DNA from: Malacoraja senta
Lineage: Eukaryota
DNA length: 64,000 nt
Direction of reading: 5' to 3'
Assembly: GCA_038087875.1 (NCBI GenBank)
Contig: CM075978.1
Span: 152,830,001 to 152,894,000, forward strand
The position numbers and the translations under genes were made by a program. Below are positions 1-12,831 of the stretch, in pieces (the stretch's first letter is position 1; every line of letters starts with the position of its first letter). The notes beneath the pieces are model-generated. The model did no database searches. It was not told the DNA's origin and saw nothing but the letters and a program-made list of their open reading frames with translations.

Positions 1-1548
1 AGTCAGGGAACTACAAGCAGGTGAGCCTAACATCAGTGGGAGGGGGCCGGGGGGTAACATCATTGGAAGAGGTTCAGAGAGGAAGCATCCATCCGCATTT
101 GGAAAAACAAGGACTGATTAGGGATAGTGAGCAAGGGAAATCGTGTCTTACCAATTTGGCCAAGTTTTTTTGAAGAGATGACGAAGAGGATTGATAAAGG
201 CATGGTGGTATAAGCTGTCTGCACAGAGTCCAACAAGGTTTTTGACAATGTCCTACCAGGTAGGTTAGATCATATGGGAACCAGGATGAGTTAGCCAGTT
301 GGATACAAAATTAACTTGATGGAAGGAGGTGATGGTAGTGGAGAATTATTCTTCAGATCGGAGGTCTCTAACCAGTGTAGTGCCATTGTGATTGGTGCTT
401 GGCTCCCTGCCATTTGTCATATAGATTAACAATATGGATGAGAATGTAGGTGGCATTAACTGCAAGTCTGAGGATGACACCAAACCTGGACGGTGAAGAA
501 AATTGTCCACGGTTACAATAGGATCTGGATCAACTGTGAATGTGAGCGAAGAAGTGACAGGTGGAATTGAACTCAAACAAGAGCAAAGTAATGCATTTTG
601 TGAAGTTAAACCTGGGCTGGGCATGCACCATGTACGACAGGGCCCAGGGTGTATAGATTAGAGATTAAAGATACTTTGGGATACAAGTACATAATGCTCT
701 GCAAGTAGTGGCATGGAGAGACAAGGTAGTAACTCCAGCATTTTGTGCCTGCCTTCGATTTAAACCAGTTCTTTCCTACGCAGTTTGAGGCTTGCTTGTT
801 TTCACTGGACAGAGTATTGAATATACATGTGGGTACATCATACAACAACTGAACAAAATGGCGGCAAGTCTACACACGCTTAATATGAACAGCTCTGGTC
901 TCCGTACTATAGGTGTGATTAAGCTAGGAAGGTTGCAGAAAACACAAGAAAGTGTTTGTGGCTAGAGGGTTTGAGTTATACAGAGGGACTGAAAAGGCTG
1001 GCATTATTTTTCCTGAAAAAAGCCAATGGGCGACCTTACAGAAATTCATAAAATCATGATGGACATAGGCAAGGTGGCTGATCACACATTCCGTTCCCCA
1101 GGTTAGGAGAATCTAAAATAGGAAGATGCAGATTGAAGGTGAGAAAGGAACGTTTTAAAGAGAACCTTTTGCACGGGTGTCGGGGGTTATGGGGAGAAGG
1201 CAGGAGAATGGGGTTAGGAGGGAGAGATAGATCAGCCATGATTGAATGGCAGAGTAGACTTGATGGGCTGAATGGCCTGATTCTGCTCCTATCACTTATG
1301 ATCTTGTAAGAACCCGAGGGGGAAGTTTTTTCACATAGAAGGTGGTGGGTATATGGAACGTGTTGTAAGGGGAAGTGATGGGGGCCGGCACAATTGCAAT
1401 GTTTAAGAGAGATTTGGACAGGTTCATTCATAAGAAACATTTAGAGGGATTTGGGCCAAATACAGGAAAATGGAACAATCTCAGGAAGGCCCCATGGTCA
1501 GTGTGGATGAATTAGACTGAACGCTCTGTCTCCAAGCAGTATAACTAT
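1..1548 (+). mobile_element. Degenerate CR1/HER1-like LINE (RT region to 3' end) with small nested inserts
   Basis: Remnants of NYxxVSLTS, KSCLTNL..FFEE, SVLGxLxFVIxIN and DDTK, plus a CR1-type 3' UTR. Many stops and indels. Confidence 0.75.
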
Positions 1549-1797
1549 CACTCAAAGGGTGAATTAATCCTTACTTTATTTAACTAGGTGAACGAAGTAC
1601 CTTAATTGAAATAAACTTCAAAGTACAGTACAATATTGCCATAAAGACAAACAAAAGCACCATTCATTCATCTGAGAAAAAATGTTGTATAATACTATCC
1701 TGCAACCATTTTCTTGCATTCATCATAAAGAATCAATGTTGCCATTATTTATCTATCAAGAACTTAATTTTCATTGTGGATATCGATAACCTGGTTA

Positions 1798-2192
1798 AGG
1801 GCCTGTCCCACTTTCACGACTTAATTCAAAACCTCTGCCAAGTTTAAAGGACCTAAAACAAATCAAGATCGTGGTAATCTACGAACTCCTATGACCTTCC
1901 ACGACTATGTTCACAAACTCTGTCTTCGAATTCCCACGACTAATTTGATACCCTCCTTACGAGTAAAAAAATCCCGACCATTTTTTTACTCGTGGACATT
2001 TTTTATCGAGCTGGAAAAAACGTCCCGACTTACCTGATGCCACGAGTGCCTACGGCTAGCATAACGAGCCGCTACGATATATCTACGAACTCCTACGACC
2101 TCCCACGGACTTGTTACAAACATTCTGCGAGTTTGAATCAAGGGGAAAACTCGGGAGAATTCATGAATAACTCGTGAAAGTGGGACAGCCCT
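1798..2192. mobile_element. PIF/Harbinger-type MITE
   Basis: Terminal inverted repeats (TIRs) agggcctgtcccactttcacga and tcgtgaaagtgggacagccct. TTA TSD on both sides. Confidence 0.85.
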
Positions 2193-3156
2193 TTACAAGG
2201 ACCAGGTTTGTCACCCAAGCAAGAGCAAGGATCGATTAAAGTAACTTCCATTTATCGTCCAGAACCAGGAGATAAAGGGCCAAAACCTCCTGCAATGGTT
2301 GCACATATTATCCCTACACTTATGACATAAACAAAATTCAAGTAACACATGTGACCTTTAATATAATGACCTTATCAAAACAAAGAAACGTTTTAGATTG
2401 CAAAGAGGGAGGGTGGACAGAACAAAAGGGAAGTCTGTGAGAGGCTGAAGACCGAGAGGGATTGAATAACTCAGGTCATGGTGGTGGTGATCATTGCTGA
2501 TCGGTCTGAAGAAGTAAATAAGAAATTAAAGAAAACAATGGAGAGGGAAAAAGTGCTGGAGCCATGAGTTTGAAAACATGTTAGATATGGACAGAGAAAT
2601 AAAACAAGTGGTGAAATTATTCAGCAGATAATGCAGCATCTGCAGAGAGAAAAACACAAAATTGAACTGAAATAAAACTCCACCACATTAAAATTATAGA
2701 CTAGAGTACAAGAAATGTTTTGGAAACTAATTTTTGATTCCACTGTACAACTCGGGTATCTCCACTATTAAAGCTTTTGCAGAAAACAATTTGCTGAAGG
2801 TTTCAGGGTGATCCCTGAGCTTTTCTATGTCTGGGCTGCCCATTGCTGAAGTAGTACACAAGTCAAGGCTTCTGGGAGCAAGCACACTGACCCAGTGGAT
2901 GTAACTGAAAGGAGTGATGAATCGGTTGAGACACAACAATGTACGCCAATGATTAAAGCACAAGGATAGACACAAAAACCTGGAGTGACTCAAGCAGCAT
3001 CTCTGGAGAGAAGGAATGGGTGATGTTGCGGGTCGATACCCTTCAGAGTATTACCAAATATGACTAAAACATTCTGAATACATGTTTTGTTCTCCCATTT
3101 AGGCAATTCCACTTTTGCACATACTGTCTGTTATATAATTTCACTTTTGCCCATAC

Positions 3157-3269
3157 CTGACAATATCTGCCTCTGTACATCTTGATGCTGGTACTGATCC
3201 TCAGCCTCCGAACAAAGTAGGCACAAGTTGTCAAACAGCCAGCGTACCTCAAAGGTCACATCAGGATTA
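3157..3269 (-). CDS. FANCA: FANCA coding exon 7 (NPDVTFEVRWLFDNLCLLCSEAEDQYQHQDVQRQILS); gene continues beyond the left edge
   Basis: aaacag|...G|gtatgg, 113 nt, phase 2 to 1. Resembles human [37 protein letters not shown]. Confidence 0.93.
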
Positions 3270-3674
3270 CTGTTTGTAACACAGAAACATCAGAGTTTAT
3301 TCTCCTTCAATCAATCCAGGGGTTCAGATTTAAACATCCTCTGCAATTTTCAAATGATAGTGTATTATTATTCAAGCCACTGGAGGGGGGGGGGGTGCAA
3401 GAAGGGGAAAGAGGGGGGAGAGGTGTAGTAGCTACGTTGAAAATGCAGTGGAGGGCAACATGACATTTTCCTCCCCTTGACAAAACCAGTTTCATGGATC
3501 ACCAAAGCTACTTTCCAGTACCGTCGCAAAGAGGGAGGAGAATCTATGAAGTTGAAAATAATCTAGAAGACTTCAACCAGTGTTCGGAATCATTCGTTAT
3601 AAATTAAGATAAGTTGTGAAAGGAAAAAGACAAAGAGAACCATTTTCCCTTCAATGACATTCAAATATCATGAG

Positions 3675-3774
3675 GTAGACAAAAATGCTGGAGAAACTCA
3701 GCGGGTGAGGCAGCATCTATGGAGCTAAGGAAAAGGCGACGTTTCAGGTCGAGAACCTTCTTCAGACCTGCCCG
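3675..3774 (-). mobile_element. 100-bp PLE pseudo-LTR-derived element with hammerhead core
   Basis: Minus strand reads CTGAAGAAGGTTCTCGACCTGAAACGTC. Perfect 14-bp TSD tcaaatatcatgag at 3661-3674 and 3775-3788. Confidence 0.85.
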
Positions 3775-4744
3775 TCAAATATCATGAGATTTTTTTCATT
3801 TATTCTAGATATCGCCAGCATTTATTCCCATCTCTAATTGAGAAGGTGTTGAGCCACCTTCTTGAAACACAGTAGTCCTTCTGTTGACATCGCTCCCAGA
3901 GTGATGCAAGAAAGGGAATTCCAGGATTAAGGCACACTATTGAGGAGGAAATAGTGAAATACCATAAAATTGCAATAAATCATGATCCAATGATTCAGAA
4001 ACTCCAATGATTTGGAATTTGGATCACCAGGTAATGTTTACCGTGCTTCTTTTAAACACATTGGCACCAAAACCTCATACCTTTCCCCGAATAGATTGGA
4101 AATAATAATGTGAAGCAATCTGAAATGGCAGTCAAGTGAGAGAATGTGTACATTTGCATTACATTTGACTAACATTGGCAAGGGTAGCTTGCACCAGTGT
4201 GAGACAAGGCAGATTTATCCTCCTGCCATATCCGACAGCATCCAAGGGAATAGAACATTAAATGTTTGAGATCGAAGAGACTTTTTTTCAGCATCTGCAG
4301 TTTTTTCTTAAACATTAAATTAGGAAAATCTTTTTCACCCAGAGATTTGTGAATCTGTGGAATTCTCTGCCACAGAAGGCAGTGGAAGCCAATTCACTGG
4401 ATGTTTTCAAGCGAGCGTTAGATTTATCCCTGAGGGCTAACGGAATCAAGGGATGGGGGGGGGGGGGGAAAGCTGGAACGGGGTACTGATTTTCTCCTCC
4501 TGCCATATCATTTGCAATTAAAGCAGAACATTATCGCTAACATATCACGATTCGGAGCTCAAAAAATAAATTAGTGCCTTCAACATTAGAGCAAATATAT
4601 ACAGTTTTACAAAATTAAATGGCAACAAAAAGAAAACACTCAGCCATTGAAGTAATGCAGATAAATATGAGAATGTTATAGATATGTCCACATCACACAT
4701 TTTTGGGGAAAAGAGATCATGGACAAAGGAAGAGTATTTACAAT

Positions 4745-4995
4745 ACACACAAAATGCTGGAGTAACTCAGCGGGACAGGCAGCATCTCTGGTGAGAAGGA
4801 ATGAGGACGTTTCAGGTCGACACCATTCTTCAGACTGAGAGTCAGGGGAGAGGGAGATACAGAGATAAGGAAGGGCAAGGTGTGAAAATGAGACATCAGC
4901 AGACGAAGCTCAATGAAAATGTAAAATAGATCATTGTTAGCTATGGGAAGGTGACAACACAGCATACAGAGATAACATGTAATCAGGAGGACAGT
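4745..4995 (-). mobile_element. PLE-derived 3' end fragment (subfamily B) with hammerhead-like core
   Basis: acacaaaatgctggagtaactcagcgggacaggcagcatc...gacgtttcaggtcgacaccattcttcagac. Related copies at about 2965-3050, 5537-5625, 8297-8390, 8632-8720, 10000-10120, 11320-11390, 27650-27885, 29240-29320 and 30920-31135. Confidence 0.8.
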
Positions 4996-6009
4996 CCAAC
5001 GGGTCTGTACTGAATAGTACAGGTCATCAGCAATAAAGGATGATCTTTCCTTCCAGCTCTATTAACCATTTGATGCTCACTCGTATCAAACTGATTTTGC
5101 TCAGCTGTGAAGAATAGAGAACAGTTCAGTACAGGAACAGGCCCTTCGGCCCACAATGCCATTATCATACCTGACCCCACCACCACCCCCGGCAATGCGA
5201 ACCAGGCACTCACCAGCCAGTGTGTAAAATACTTGTCCAGCACATCTCATTTAAACATTGCCCCTCTCATCGAAAGCTATGCCCTCTAGTATTTGATATT
5301 TCCATCCTGGGAAAAAGATTCTGACGGTCTACACTCCGTCTCTCACTATTTTTTACACTATCATGCCTCCCCTCACCCTCCAGCTTCCCAGAGAAAACAA
5401 TTCAAGTCTGTCCAATCTCTCTGTGTGGCCAGTAATCCCTGATCCAGGCTTCATTCTGGTGAACCTCCTCTGCGTCCATTCAATAGCCCCCATATTGAGG
5501 CAATACTCCTAACGTAGCCTGACCAATTTCCTATAAACACAAAATGTTGGAGTGACTCAGTGGGGCAGGCAGCATCTCTGGAGAGAAGGAATGGGTGACA
5601 TTTCGGGTCAAGACCCTTCTTCATGTCCGCCGACCCTCGCCTCTCCACCGGCCACCAGCGGGCCAGAGCCGTCACCTCACCAGAGTTCCAGGCTCAGCAC
5701 CAGGCCCACAACCTCCACGATGCAGGCAGCACGTGGTCCGACTCTGCTGGGTCCTATTGCTCCCCCCCCCCCCCCCACAGGGAACCTCAGTAGTAGTGAT
5801 GGGTCTTCCCTTTCCCACTCTTTCAGCCATGTTCCCCGACCATACACCCGCAAGTCTAAATTAAATTTTGGGGGGGGGGGGGGGGGTTTAAACAGAGGTG
5901 CCGGAGTGGCGCTCCAGTGTGGTCCGGCAGCACTGCATCCTTGGACATGACAATAAAACACTCTTGACTCTAGAATGCACGATGCTATCTATATGTTCAA
6001 TGGACATAC

Positions 6010-6083
6010 CTTGTTACAAGCTCTTCCAGGCTCACAATATTCTCCTTCTGCAAATGCCAAACAACTTCCAGCATGGGTACTTC
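6010..6083 (-). CDS. FANCA: FANCA coding exon 6 (EVPMLEVVWHLQKENIVSLEELVT-S)
   Basis: ttgaag|...AG|gtatgt, 74 nt, phase 0 to 2. Resembles human [23 protein letters not shown]. Confidence 0.93.
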
Positions 6084-9000
6084 CTTCAAAAGAATAAGGA
6101 ATTTTGTAAATGTCAACAAAAAATTGCATTCATCAGAATATGCAGTCTTTAACATTGAAATTTACCAGATGTAGAACATTTAACAATGACCCAAAAAGTT
6201 AACTGGAATCAGATAATTACTCTTACTTTTAATTATTTTGGCAAGAAAGCAGAAAAAAGGTTTCACTTATTTAGTGTTGAGATACAAGCTAATGAGGAGC
6301 AAGAAGCAAACTGCTGGAGGAACTCAACAGGGCAAGCAACATCAGTGAGGGGTAGAGGCTGAAGGGCAACAATTATGTTTTGGATCAAAACCTCCACAGA
6401 TGCTGATCGAGCCACCGAGTTCCTCCAGCAGTTTGCCTTTACTCCAGATTCCCGAGTCTGAGGAAGGGTCTCGCCCCAAAACCTCGCCTATTCCTTCTCT
6501 CATTAGATGCTGCCTCACCCGCTGAGTTCCTCCAGCATTTTTGTCTACCGTCAATTTTTCCAGCATCTGCAGTTTTTTCATTAAATTAAATTAGGAAAAT
6601 CTTTTGCACCCAGAGGGTTGGGAATCTGTGGAATTCTCTGCCACAGAAGGCAGTGGAGGCCAATTCACTGGATGTTTTCAAGAGTTAGATTTATCTCTTC
6701 GGGCTAACAGAATCAAGGGATATGGGGGGGATAAGCAGGAACAGGGTACTGATTTTGGATGATCAGCCATGATCATATTGAATGGTGGTCCTGGCTCGAA
6801 TGGGCGAATGGCCTTCTCCTGCACCTATTTTTCTATGTTTCTAATTCATGTTTTGGTGCTAGAGAATCTTTTCATCTTTAAAAGAGCTCTTTGCAAATGT
6901 GCTGAGTACATATACTTTTTCTGAAATCAACATATTGTTCCAGACAATGGCACAAAGGAATGTATTTGAAGTAGCCTACATTGATACCAGCAAGAATTTA
7001 GACAAGTCTTGCAGGCAGCCAGGTCAACGTTACATGCCCATGGGAATGTGGTAATTCGTACCCAAAATTTGCTCAGCAGGTCAAAGTGAAGAGTATACGA
7101 TACGATAAGATAGAACTTTATTTATCCCAGGAAGGAAATTGATCAGCCAACAGTCATAAAACACAAGATACATGAAACATGAAATGCAAGTGATGAGTGG
7201 AAAGGATTGGGGATGTGCAAAGATAAGGGGGGGGGGGGAAGGAAAGAGTCAGTGTACCCCACGACAGAAGGGGGAGGAGTTGTACAGTTTGTTTGCCACA
7301 GGGAAGAAGGATCTCCTGTGGTGTTCTGTGCTGCATCTTGGTGGAACCAGCCTGTTGCTGAAAGTGCGCCTCAGGTTGTTCAGTTTGTCATGGAGGGGGT
7401 GAGCTGTATTGTCCAAGCATCAACTGATGGATGAGATTGTGATTTTATGGCCGTTTGCAGTGGGCTCAGATCCAGTCCCATGCATGCGCTTACACACACT
7501 AATTACTTAGATAGAAATGTGGAGGCTTGTAAGCTCACAGGCAATGTGATTGACTGGAATGAGGAAAGCTTTCAACTTCCTGATGGATACAGATTGCATC
7601 GTCATTTGGGCAGAGGAAACGTAAACATAATTGAACACAAATGCAAGGCAGTCTATCTGAGGAAGTGCAATAATGCAACAGAACATACAATAAGTAGGAG
7701 AACTTTGAGAAGCGTGGCAGAACAGAAGAAGCCTGAAGTATATGGTTATAGATTTTTATAAACGCAGTAGGACAAGTAGGTAAAGGTAGTTTACAATGCT
7801 CATGTGATGCCTTATTTTATTAGCAGAAACACAGAATGCTCCTTAGGTAATAGGCCCAGTACTGTATACAGTCCTGATCACCATTCTCCAGAAACAACAT
7901 TGAATAGTACAGCACAGAAACAGGCCCTCAGTACTCAATATCCATGCCAAACATGATGCCGTTAAACTGATCTCCTCTGCCTGCACGAGATACATATCAG
8001 ACTATTCCCTGCATATCCATGTGTCTATTGAAAAGTCCCTTAACATACACACACAAACATTCCTTATAACCTGAAGAAATGCACACAGCAGGTCAAGCAA
8101 ACTTCTCAAATCAGTTACCATAACTGCAGAACTGAGTGCATCCAACACCTTTAATGGCTTAACTCCTCACCATTGATATCCTGTGAATGACCACTGATCA
8201 GAAATGTTACTGGATTAGCCATGAAAGGTCTTGCCCTTCACCCCTCCAAAAGATTTGGCCCATACACAAGATACAAATCAAGAGAATGACAGTATGACAC
8301 AAAAAGCTGGAGCCACTCGGTGCGTCAGGCAGCATCTCTGGAGAAAAGGAATAGGTGACATTTCGGAGTGGAATCTTCTTTCAGACTGAATTATATAGAA
8401 GGCCAAAACAAAATAGGGCCAGTAACAGATGACCTCAGGAAGGGCGGAGTCCAACAATGGCCCATTGTGGCTGGGGAAGATGTTCTATTGACAGGGAAAC
8501 GAGGATACGAACAGTGGAACTAGTAGGCCGACTAGGGTAGGGTGGGTATGATGCAACATCCTCGTCACCCGAACGACTGCAGCTCCAACAACACTCAAGA
8601 AACACAACTCACATTTGAATTACACATAACTTAGACACAAAATGCTGGTGTAACTGCTGGAGCATCTCTGGCTGGAAGGAATGGGTGATATTTCAGGTCA
8701 CGACCCTTCTTCAGACTGATGACTGTTTGAATTACACATCATCTATCTCTCTGAACATTTACTTCCTCAACTATCACCATTACAACACTGAGGGTCATCC
8801 ACAGAAAATAAAAACTCATACTGTAACAACAAATCAAGATTTATTGGACAATATCATAATGGAATAGATTTAGGGCTAAATAAAACTTGATGAACTGATA
8901 TTTTTGGCAATAAATTGACTATTCGCTTGACCTTTGAATTCCTGACTGCGACATAAGAATGCAGCTATGCGACTATATAATTATGAAGCATTTCTCTCAC

Positions 9001-9096
9001 CTTTGCTTTCCAAATCTCCTCCCTGAATTGCAACCGGCTGAGCATTCCAGTAGACATCAGTTCTCGCAAACTCTGCAGTAAACAGACAAGTTTACT
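9001..9096 (-). CDS. FANCA: FANCA coding exon 5 (SKLVCLLQSLRELMSTGMLSRLQFREEIWKAK)
   Basis: ttacag|...AAG|gtgaga, 96 nt, phase 0 to 0. Resembles human [32 protein letters not shown]. Absent from the ORF track. Confidence 0.92.
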
Positions 9097-9536
9097 CTGT
9101 AATAGAACAAGCCAAGTCAGTGTTACCAAATGGTGGTATCAGGAAATTAAAGTAAGCACATCTGCTTGGTCCCACAAGATTAAAAAAAACATTTTATTCT
9201 TCATTTTGTATATTGTGCACAGTTTCTACCTCTTTTGATTATCTGTGAAAAAACAAAATCTATAATTTTTTACTTTCCAATCATTCTTTTTATGTTTTAA
9301 AAACTGAGAGTGTGATCATTCCATTCCTTTCAGAATTAATAATCACTATAAAAAAAAATCAGTAAAAGCATTGCAGATCTATTTCCGTCCTGTATTTTGG
9401 TTATTGTCTGTACTTAACAAGAGAAGACAATCTCTCCTTTTTCGATACTGAAAAGATTTATTGAAGTAAAAGTGTTAACTTCCATCTCTTATATTTGGAA
9501 ATCTGTCTTTTAGTCTACAAATCTGTCTTCCTCAGT

Positions 9537-9564
9537 CTGAAGAAGGGTCTCGACCTGAAACGTC
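9537..9564 (+). ncRNA. Minimal hammerhead ribozyme core motif (putative)
   Basis: CTGAAGA-A-GGGTC-TC-GACCT-GAAA-CGTC inside a ~100-bp PLE-derived element at 9531-9630. Confidence 0.65.
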
Positions 9565-10154
9565 ACCTATTCCTTCGCTCCATAGATGCTGCCTCACCCG
9601 CTGAGTTTCTCCAGCATTTTTGTCTACCTTTGTCTTTTAAGCAAGATTCCATAGAGAAGAGAAGGAATGGGTGACGAATCTGAAGAAGGGCCTCGACCCG
9701 AAACAGCTAAGGTTGCAGATCAAAGAAAAATGATAACTCCTTCTCTTTCCTCGGGATCTGTCCGACTGTCAGTGTTCCCAGCAGCTTCTGTTCTCATCTG
9801 AGAACAACATGGCCCTGAGTATTCGTAAAGTACACAAACTAACTATTGGCTAAGCAGTGATAAACATCCAAACATTTCTACCCCCTAACTTCATTGATAT
9901 AAACCTTTTCCAAGACGACCAACATTACAATTTGGCAGCTTCAGATCCATGCATTGCACAAGACTTAACTGTGATAACCAACAAAAGAAAGTTTTCTATA
10001 GGAAGGAACTGTAGATGGTGGTTTAAACCAATGATAGACACAGAATGCTGGAGTAACTCAGCAGGACAGGCAGCATCTCTGGAGGGAGGGTGACATTTCG
10101 GGTTGAAAACCTTCTTCATACAAATGTTTTCTTCTGAGTTGTGCTATTTACTGC

Positions 10155-10452
10155 CGTTTAGTTTAGTTTAGAGATACAGCGCGTAAACAGGCCTTTCGGC
10201 CCACCGGGTCCGTGCCGACCAGCGATCCCCGCACATTAACACCATCCTACACCCACTAGGGACAATTTTTACATTTACCAAGCCAATTAATCTACAAACC
10301 TGTACGTCTTTGGAGTGTGGGAGGAAACCGAAGATCTCGGAGAAAACCCACGCAGATCACAGGGAGAACGTGCAAACTCCGTACAGACAGCACCCGCAGT
10401 CGGGATCGAACCCGGGTCTCCCGCGCTGCATTCGCTGTAAGGCAGCAACTCC
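10155..10452 (-). mobile_element. V-SINE (HE1-like)
   Basis: (TTTAG)n tail, V-domain and B box on the minus strand. Confidence 0.85.
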
Positions 10453-10681
10453 AAGTCAGCCCATGCAGTAAAAGCTCAATTATTCAATGCTGGCCCACAC
10501 ACGCCCTCAGCGATGCTCCTAATGTAGCTGCACTTGATCTTCCCCTGCCCCAGGTCAGCCCATGTACTCTATCAATTCAGTCCCCAATACTGACGCCATT
10601 GATCCATCTCAGTTAGTGAAGCAGATCTTCTAATGAACTACTGATAACCAATTGAACACGCACAAAAATTAATTCACCTAC

Positions 10682-10824
10682 CCGCTGATCAGCATCCAAC
10701 ATAGCCGTGTGTCTGGGTGTAAGCCCAAGCTGCTCGATTTGCTGAATTTTCTCCACAGCTGTTCTGGCAGTCAAAAGCCCCGGAGGCACGTCCTTCAGTA
10801 AAGCTTGCTCACGAAACACCGAGG
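10682..10824 (-). CDS. FANCA: FANCA coding exon 4 (ASVFREQALLKDVPPGLLTARTAVEKIQQIEQLGLTPRHTAMLDADQR)
   Basis: tctcag|...CGG|gtaggt, 143 nt, phase 1 to 0. Resembles human SALQDQASRLGVPVGILSA...LLTVEQR. Confidence 0.93.
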
Positions 10825-10984
10825 CTGAGAACATACATCAGAAAAATACAAGTCTTTTAAATTTCTTAAGTGACTGAAAAGTAAAACAATTTTACACAGA
10901 TAATAATGATGGGTTTTTTAAAAACTATTTACGCATCATAATCAGCATCAGATAATCAATAATATCATGTTTTGCCCAAAACTA

Positions 10985-11283
10985 GTTTTAACTTAGTTTA
11001 CTTTAGAGATACAGCGCAGAAACAGGCCCTTCGGCCCACCCAGTCCGCACCAACCAACGCTCCCCGCACATTAACACTATCCTGCACTCACTAGGGGGCA
11101 AATTTTACATTTATACATTTATACCAAGTACGTCTTTAGAGTGTAGAAGATAACCGAAGATCTTGGAGAAAACCCATGCAGTCATGGGGAGAACGTATAA
11201 ACTCCGTACAGACAGCATCCGATCGAACCCGGGTCTCTGGCACTGTGAGCACTGCAAGGCAGCAACTCTACCACTGCGCCACC
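10985..11283 (-). mobile_element. V-SINE (HE1-like)
   Basis: Same family as 10155-10452. Confidence 0.85.
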
Positions 11284-12187
11284 CCTTGTGTAGGATAAAG
11301 ATTGATAAAAGATCTCTATCTGAAACGTCACCCAGTCCTTCTCTCCAGAGATGTTGCCTGGCCTGCTGATTTCCTCCAGCATTGTGTCTAATTTTAATTG
11401 GGTTCCACGGTTGCTGAAATGCTCAAGACCTGAAGGTCAGAGACAAGGCAGTAAATATACTCACTCACGTTTATCAATGACAACAAATGGCATTCAGCCA
11501 GTCTGTTTGTCCAAACATGACACACTGATGTTTCAATAATCCCTACAGCAAGCATTCACTTTATTTACATTTAACGGCAAGTACGGAAATTTCAATAATC
11601 ATAATGCTTCATGATCAATGATATTATTCACCAAAAGAGGAATAAAACGATACTGAGAGGTACTAGTTTCTGAGATGCCACTACTCAGTTACTCCAAATC
11701 CATTCATTGTTTCAGAGTGAGCTCGTCTGCTTACTTCATTGGCACGAACTGTTGCCCACCAAAGTGCTCAGTCAACATTGAGATGGAAGACCGGGAGAGT
11801 AAAGGTTGAATGCTATACAATTGCCAGATTGTAACTGAAGTTGTACCTCCTTTATAAGGTGGTGGAACAATTCATAGGCAAAAAAAAAAACCATGTTCAG
11901 TTCTTTAAATCATATTGCTTGGTGTTCATTTCTGAACACCAAGCAAATTCGAGCAACTTCAGGCTTGTTATTCTATACTGACAAATCAATGAATTTTATG
12001 AATAATTTGACCTTGCATGTAATATGTGGCTGCATGCTGTGCATGAATGTTAGTATGTGCTTAGTCAGTTTCTGCAGACAGTGGCTTTCCATCCATCCCG
12101 TTCCCTTGCTGGATGCCAACAATGACAAGATATTGACTGAAATTGTTAAAAAACAAAAATATTCTATGAGCAATGATATAAACTTAC

Positions 12188-12275
12188 CAATAAATGATCC
12201 CCTGGCAGGTGTACCAGCATTATGATTATCAGAGTCAACACCATCACATAAATGTTCAGTCCCTGACCCAGTAAC
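12188..12275 (-). CDS. FANCA: FANCA coding exon 3 (VTGSGTEHLCDGVDSDNHNAGTPARGSFI)
   Basis: ttgcag|...G|gtaagt, 88 nt, phase 0 to 1. Ends in SFI like human exon 3. Confidence 0.85.
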
Positions 12276-12431
12276 CTGCAAAGAAAATGATTTGTTATTT
12301 TCAAACTGAACTTCTTCATAATTTGAGAGTTATCTTTCCCGTGTTTAAAATGTAAACTGCTCACTGCTGTGCTCTTTTTATTTCCTAATTTAGCCGCTCG
12401 GAATATTGCCAAAGGAAGTGGAGTTGAGTAC

Positions 12432-12541
12432 CTCAAGGAGCAGATCACCAAGGTTCTGATGGTGCTTCATCAACCGAACTACAGCCTCGCGGGACACAAG
12501 GTCTGAAGAACATCTCCGCTTCTGTTTGCGTGATCTCGAAC
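12432..12541 (-). CDS. FANCA: FANCA coding exon 2 (SRSRKQKRRCSSDLVSREAVVRLMKHHQNLGDLLLE)
   Basis: ttcag|...GAG|gtactc, 110 nt, phase 1 to 0. Resembles human [20 protein letters not shown]. Length matches human exon 2 as I recall it. Confidence 0.92.
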
Positions 12542-12831
12542 CTGAAGGAATTAAAGATATTGTGGAATATCCTAACGTCACTTTATGACCACATCCGCAA
12601 ATCAGATTAATTTCGAACATCATTAAAAATAAAGTGAGAATTGGTTCCTGTGCTCACTTCATTCCCCAAGAAGCCCAATGAGATTACCCACAGTTGGAAA
12701 CATTCTTTTGTTATTATTACTGGAACAAAACGACTCCAGAAATCAATACGAATCAAATATTTAAAATGCAATACTCGGTTCCCATGATGTTAAACATTAA
12801 AAGAATTCTGTATCATCAATTAAATCAATGT

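Noticed and set aside
2727-2993. Candidate FANCA exon 8
   Set aside because: No convincing similarity or splice-site pair of the right phase. Exon 8 was not found and probably lies left of the window.
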